From: an uncultured Gammaproteobacteria bacterium
GTDB lineage: Bacteria; Pseudomonadota; Gammaproteobacteria; Arenicellales; Arenicellaceae
Reading direction: 5' to 3'
Assembly (NCBI GenBank): GCA_964531625.1
Contig: CAZHEL010000002.1
Location: 87,559-151,558, forward strand
Length of the DNA stretch: 64,000 nt
The notes beneath the pieces are model-generated. The model saw nothing but the letters and a program-made list of their open reading frames with translations, was not told the origin of the DNA and did not search any database. Made by a program: the position numbers and the translations under genes. Positions 62,821 through 64,000 of the stretch are shown here, in pieces (position 1 is the stretch's first letter; every line of letters begins with the position of its first letter).

Positions 62821-63591
62821 ATGACCGTCACCATAAAAACCGAGCAAGAAATAGAGAAAATGCGCGTTGCGGGCAGGCTCGCAAGTGAAGTACTCGACAT
62901 GATCGAAGCGCATGTAGTGGCCGGTATTACTACAGATGAATTAGATAAGATTTGTCACGATTATATTGTCAATGAGCAAGACGCCATCCCAGCACCATTG
63001 AACTATCGAGGCTTTCCAAAATCTATCTGCACGTCGGTCAATCACGTGATTTGTCATGGTATCCCAAGTGAAAAACGTCTAAAGAAAGGCGACATTATTA
63101 ATATTGACGTGACCGTAATCAAAGATGGTTATCACGGCGACAACAGTCGCATGTACTACGTTGGCAAACCCAGCATTATGGCAAATCGGCTGTGTGACAT
63201 CGCGCGTGAATCAATGTTTATAGGGATCAATATGGTTGCACCCGGTGTCCAGTTGGGTGATATCGGCCATGCTATTCAGCAGCATGCTGAAAAGAATAAC
63301 TTTTCGGTGGTACGAGAGTATTGTGGCCACGGGATCGGCAAGATCTTCCATGAAGAACCGCAAGTTTTGCACTATGGCCGGCCCGGCACTGGCATGGAGT
63401 TAAAAGAAGGAATGACTTTCACAATCGAACCAATGATCAATGCGGGCAAAAGAGAAACACGACTACTCTCAGATGAGTGGACTGTGGTTACTAGAGACCA
63501 TTCCCTCTCGGCGCAATGGGAACATACTATTTTAGTAACCCCAACTGGACACGAAATTTTGACTACGTCGACTAACGCCGTACTGTCGTAA
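62821..63591 (+). CDS. map: methionine aminopeptidase, type I
   Basis: 256 aa. GFPKSICTSVN.V.CHGIP, DGYHGD, HGIG, EPM. Confidence 0.95.
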   Translation: MTVTIKTEQEIEKMRVAGRLASEVLDMIEAHVVAGITTDELDKICHDYIVNEQDAIPAPLNYRGFPKSICTSVNHVICHGIPSEKRLKKGDIINIDVTVIKDGYHGDNSRMYYVGKPSIMANRLCDIARESMFIGINMVAPGVQLGDIGHAIQQHAEKNNFSVVREYCGHGIGKIFHEEPQVLHYGRPGTGMELKEGMTFTIEPMINAGKRETRLLSDEWTVVTRDHSLSAQWEHTILVTPTGHEILTTSTNAVLS

Positions 63592-63601
63592 GTCTTACGC
63601 C

Positions 63602-64000
63602 ATGCGCTTAGCCAAAAGCAAACTTCTCAATGTTGGTGTTTTCAAATCAGAAATTGAAAAACACCTAAGCGAAGATAAGGACCTTCCGCTTGCTCCCTTT
63701 AAGCAAACCATTAAAAATGCGTTGGAGCTCTTGCGCAGCTCTCAAAACCAAGGAGTTTCAGCACAAGAGTTAGTTGAAAAATATACTTGGATGATTGATC
63801 AATTGGTAGTGATCGCATGGCAACATTACACCACAGATACAGATAAAGAACACGATATCTCCGTTGAGCTATTAGCGGTTGGAGGTTACGGGCGCGCTGA
63901 ACTGCACCCCTTCTCCGACGTTGATTTACTGATTCTTCTTAAAGACAACTTGTATGACGAGATCAAAGCTACATTAGAGCCATTTTTGCGTTTTTTGTGG
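63602..64000 (+). CDS. glnD: [protein-PII] uridylyltransferase, N-terminal 133 codons; continues beyond the window
   Basis: Not in the ORF track. My translation from the ATG at 63602 gives MRLAKSKLLNVGVFKSEIEKHL...LLAVGGYGRAELHPFSDVDLLILL, which contains the GlnD nucleotidyltransferase motif. Confidence 0.9.
   Translation, partial: MRLAKSKLLNVGVFKSEIEKHLSEDKDLPLAPFKQTIKNALELLRSSQNQGVSAQELVEKYTWMIDQLVVIAWQHYTTDTDKEHDISVELLAVGGYGRAELHPFSDVDLLILLKDNLYDEIKATLEPFLRFLW

Noticed and set aside
62713-62913. 66-aa minus-strand ORF overlapping the map start
   Set aside because: It is antisense to map and its promoter region, with no motifs or SD sequence.

Overview
This window is a chromosomal segment of a Gram-negative, gammaproteobacterium-like genome. 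It is moderately AT-rich and its gene order resembles the Pseudomonas/Cellvibrio type. I cannot name the taxon without a database search. There are about 58 protein genes, most on the minus strand. I recognised no rRNA, tRNA, CRISPR array, transposase, integrase, phage gene or defence gene. Left third: tgt (partial), a contiguous shikimate block (DAHP synthase-aroE-aroB-aroQ), ppk/ppx, cytochrome c4, a GTP-type PEP carboxykinase and mltD. It also holds a second DAHP synthase next to an SNF transporter and an aromatic aminotransferase. Middle: two OmpR/histidine-kinase pairs flank a small Cys/His lipoprotein, followed by a degP-like protease, a decayed oxidoreductase pseudogene, hrcA, nadK-recN and bamE. 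Next comes a short variable stretch: S1C protease, yeiH, a putative orphan integron-type cassette, DUF3179, TfoX_N, cupin and rhlE. Right half: the conserved housekeeping block eno-kdsA-pyrG-tilS-dnaE-rnhB-lpxB-lpxA-fabZ-skp-bamA-rseP-dxr-cdsA-uppS-frr-pyrH-tsf-rpsB / map-glnD (partial). I found no convincing novel multi-gene system. The observations most worth follow-up are: (1) a 406-bp segment with integron-cassette/attC geometry but no integrase nearby; (2) ribosomal protein S2 fused to a Lys/Ala/Pro repeat plus a helix-hairpin-helix tail; (3) recurrent short tandem duplications in intergenic spacers, several spanning stop codons, plus a 5 x 25-nt array; (4) lpxD and accA missing from their canonical positions; (5) a decayed saccharopine-dehydrogenase-like pseudogene. 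All protein calls rest on my recognition of motifs in the supplied translations. No searches were run.
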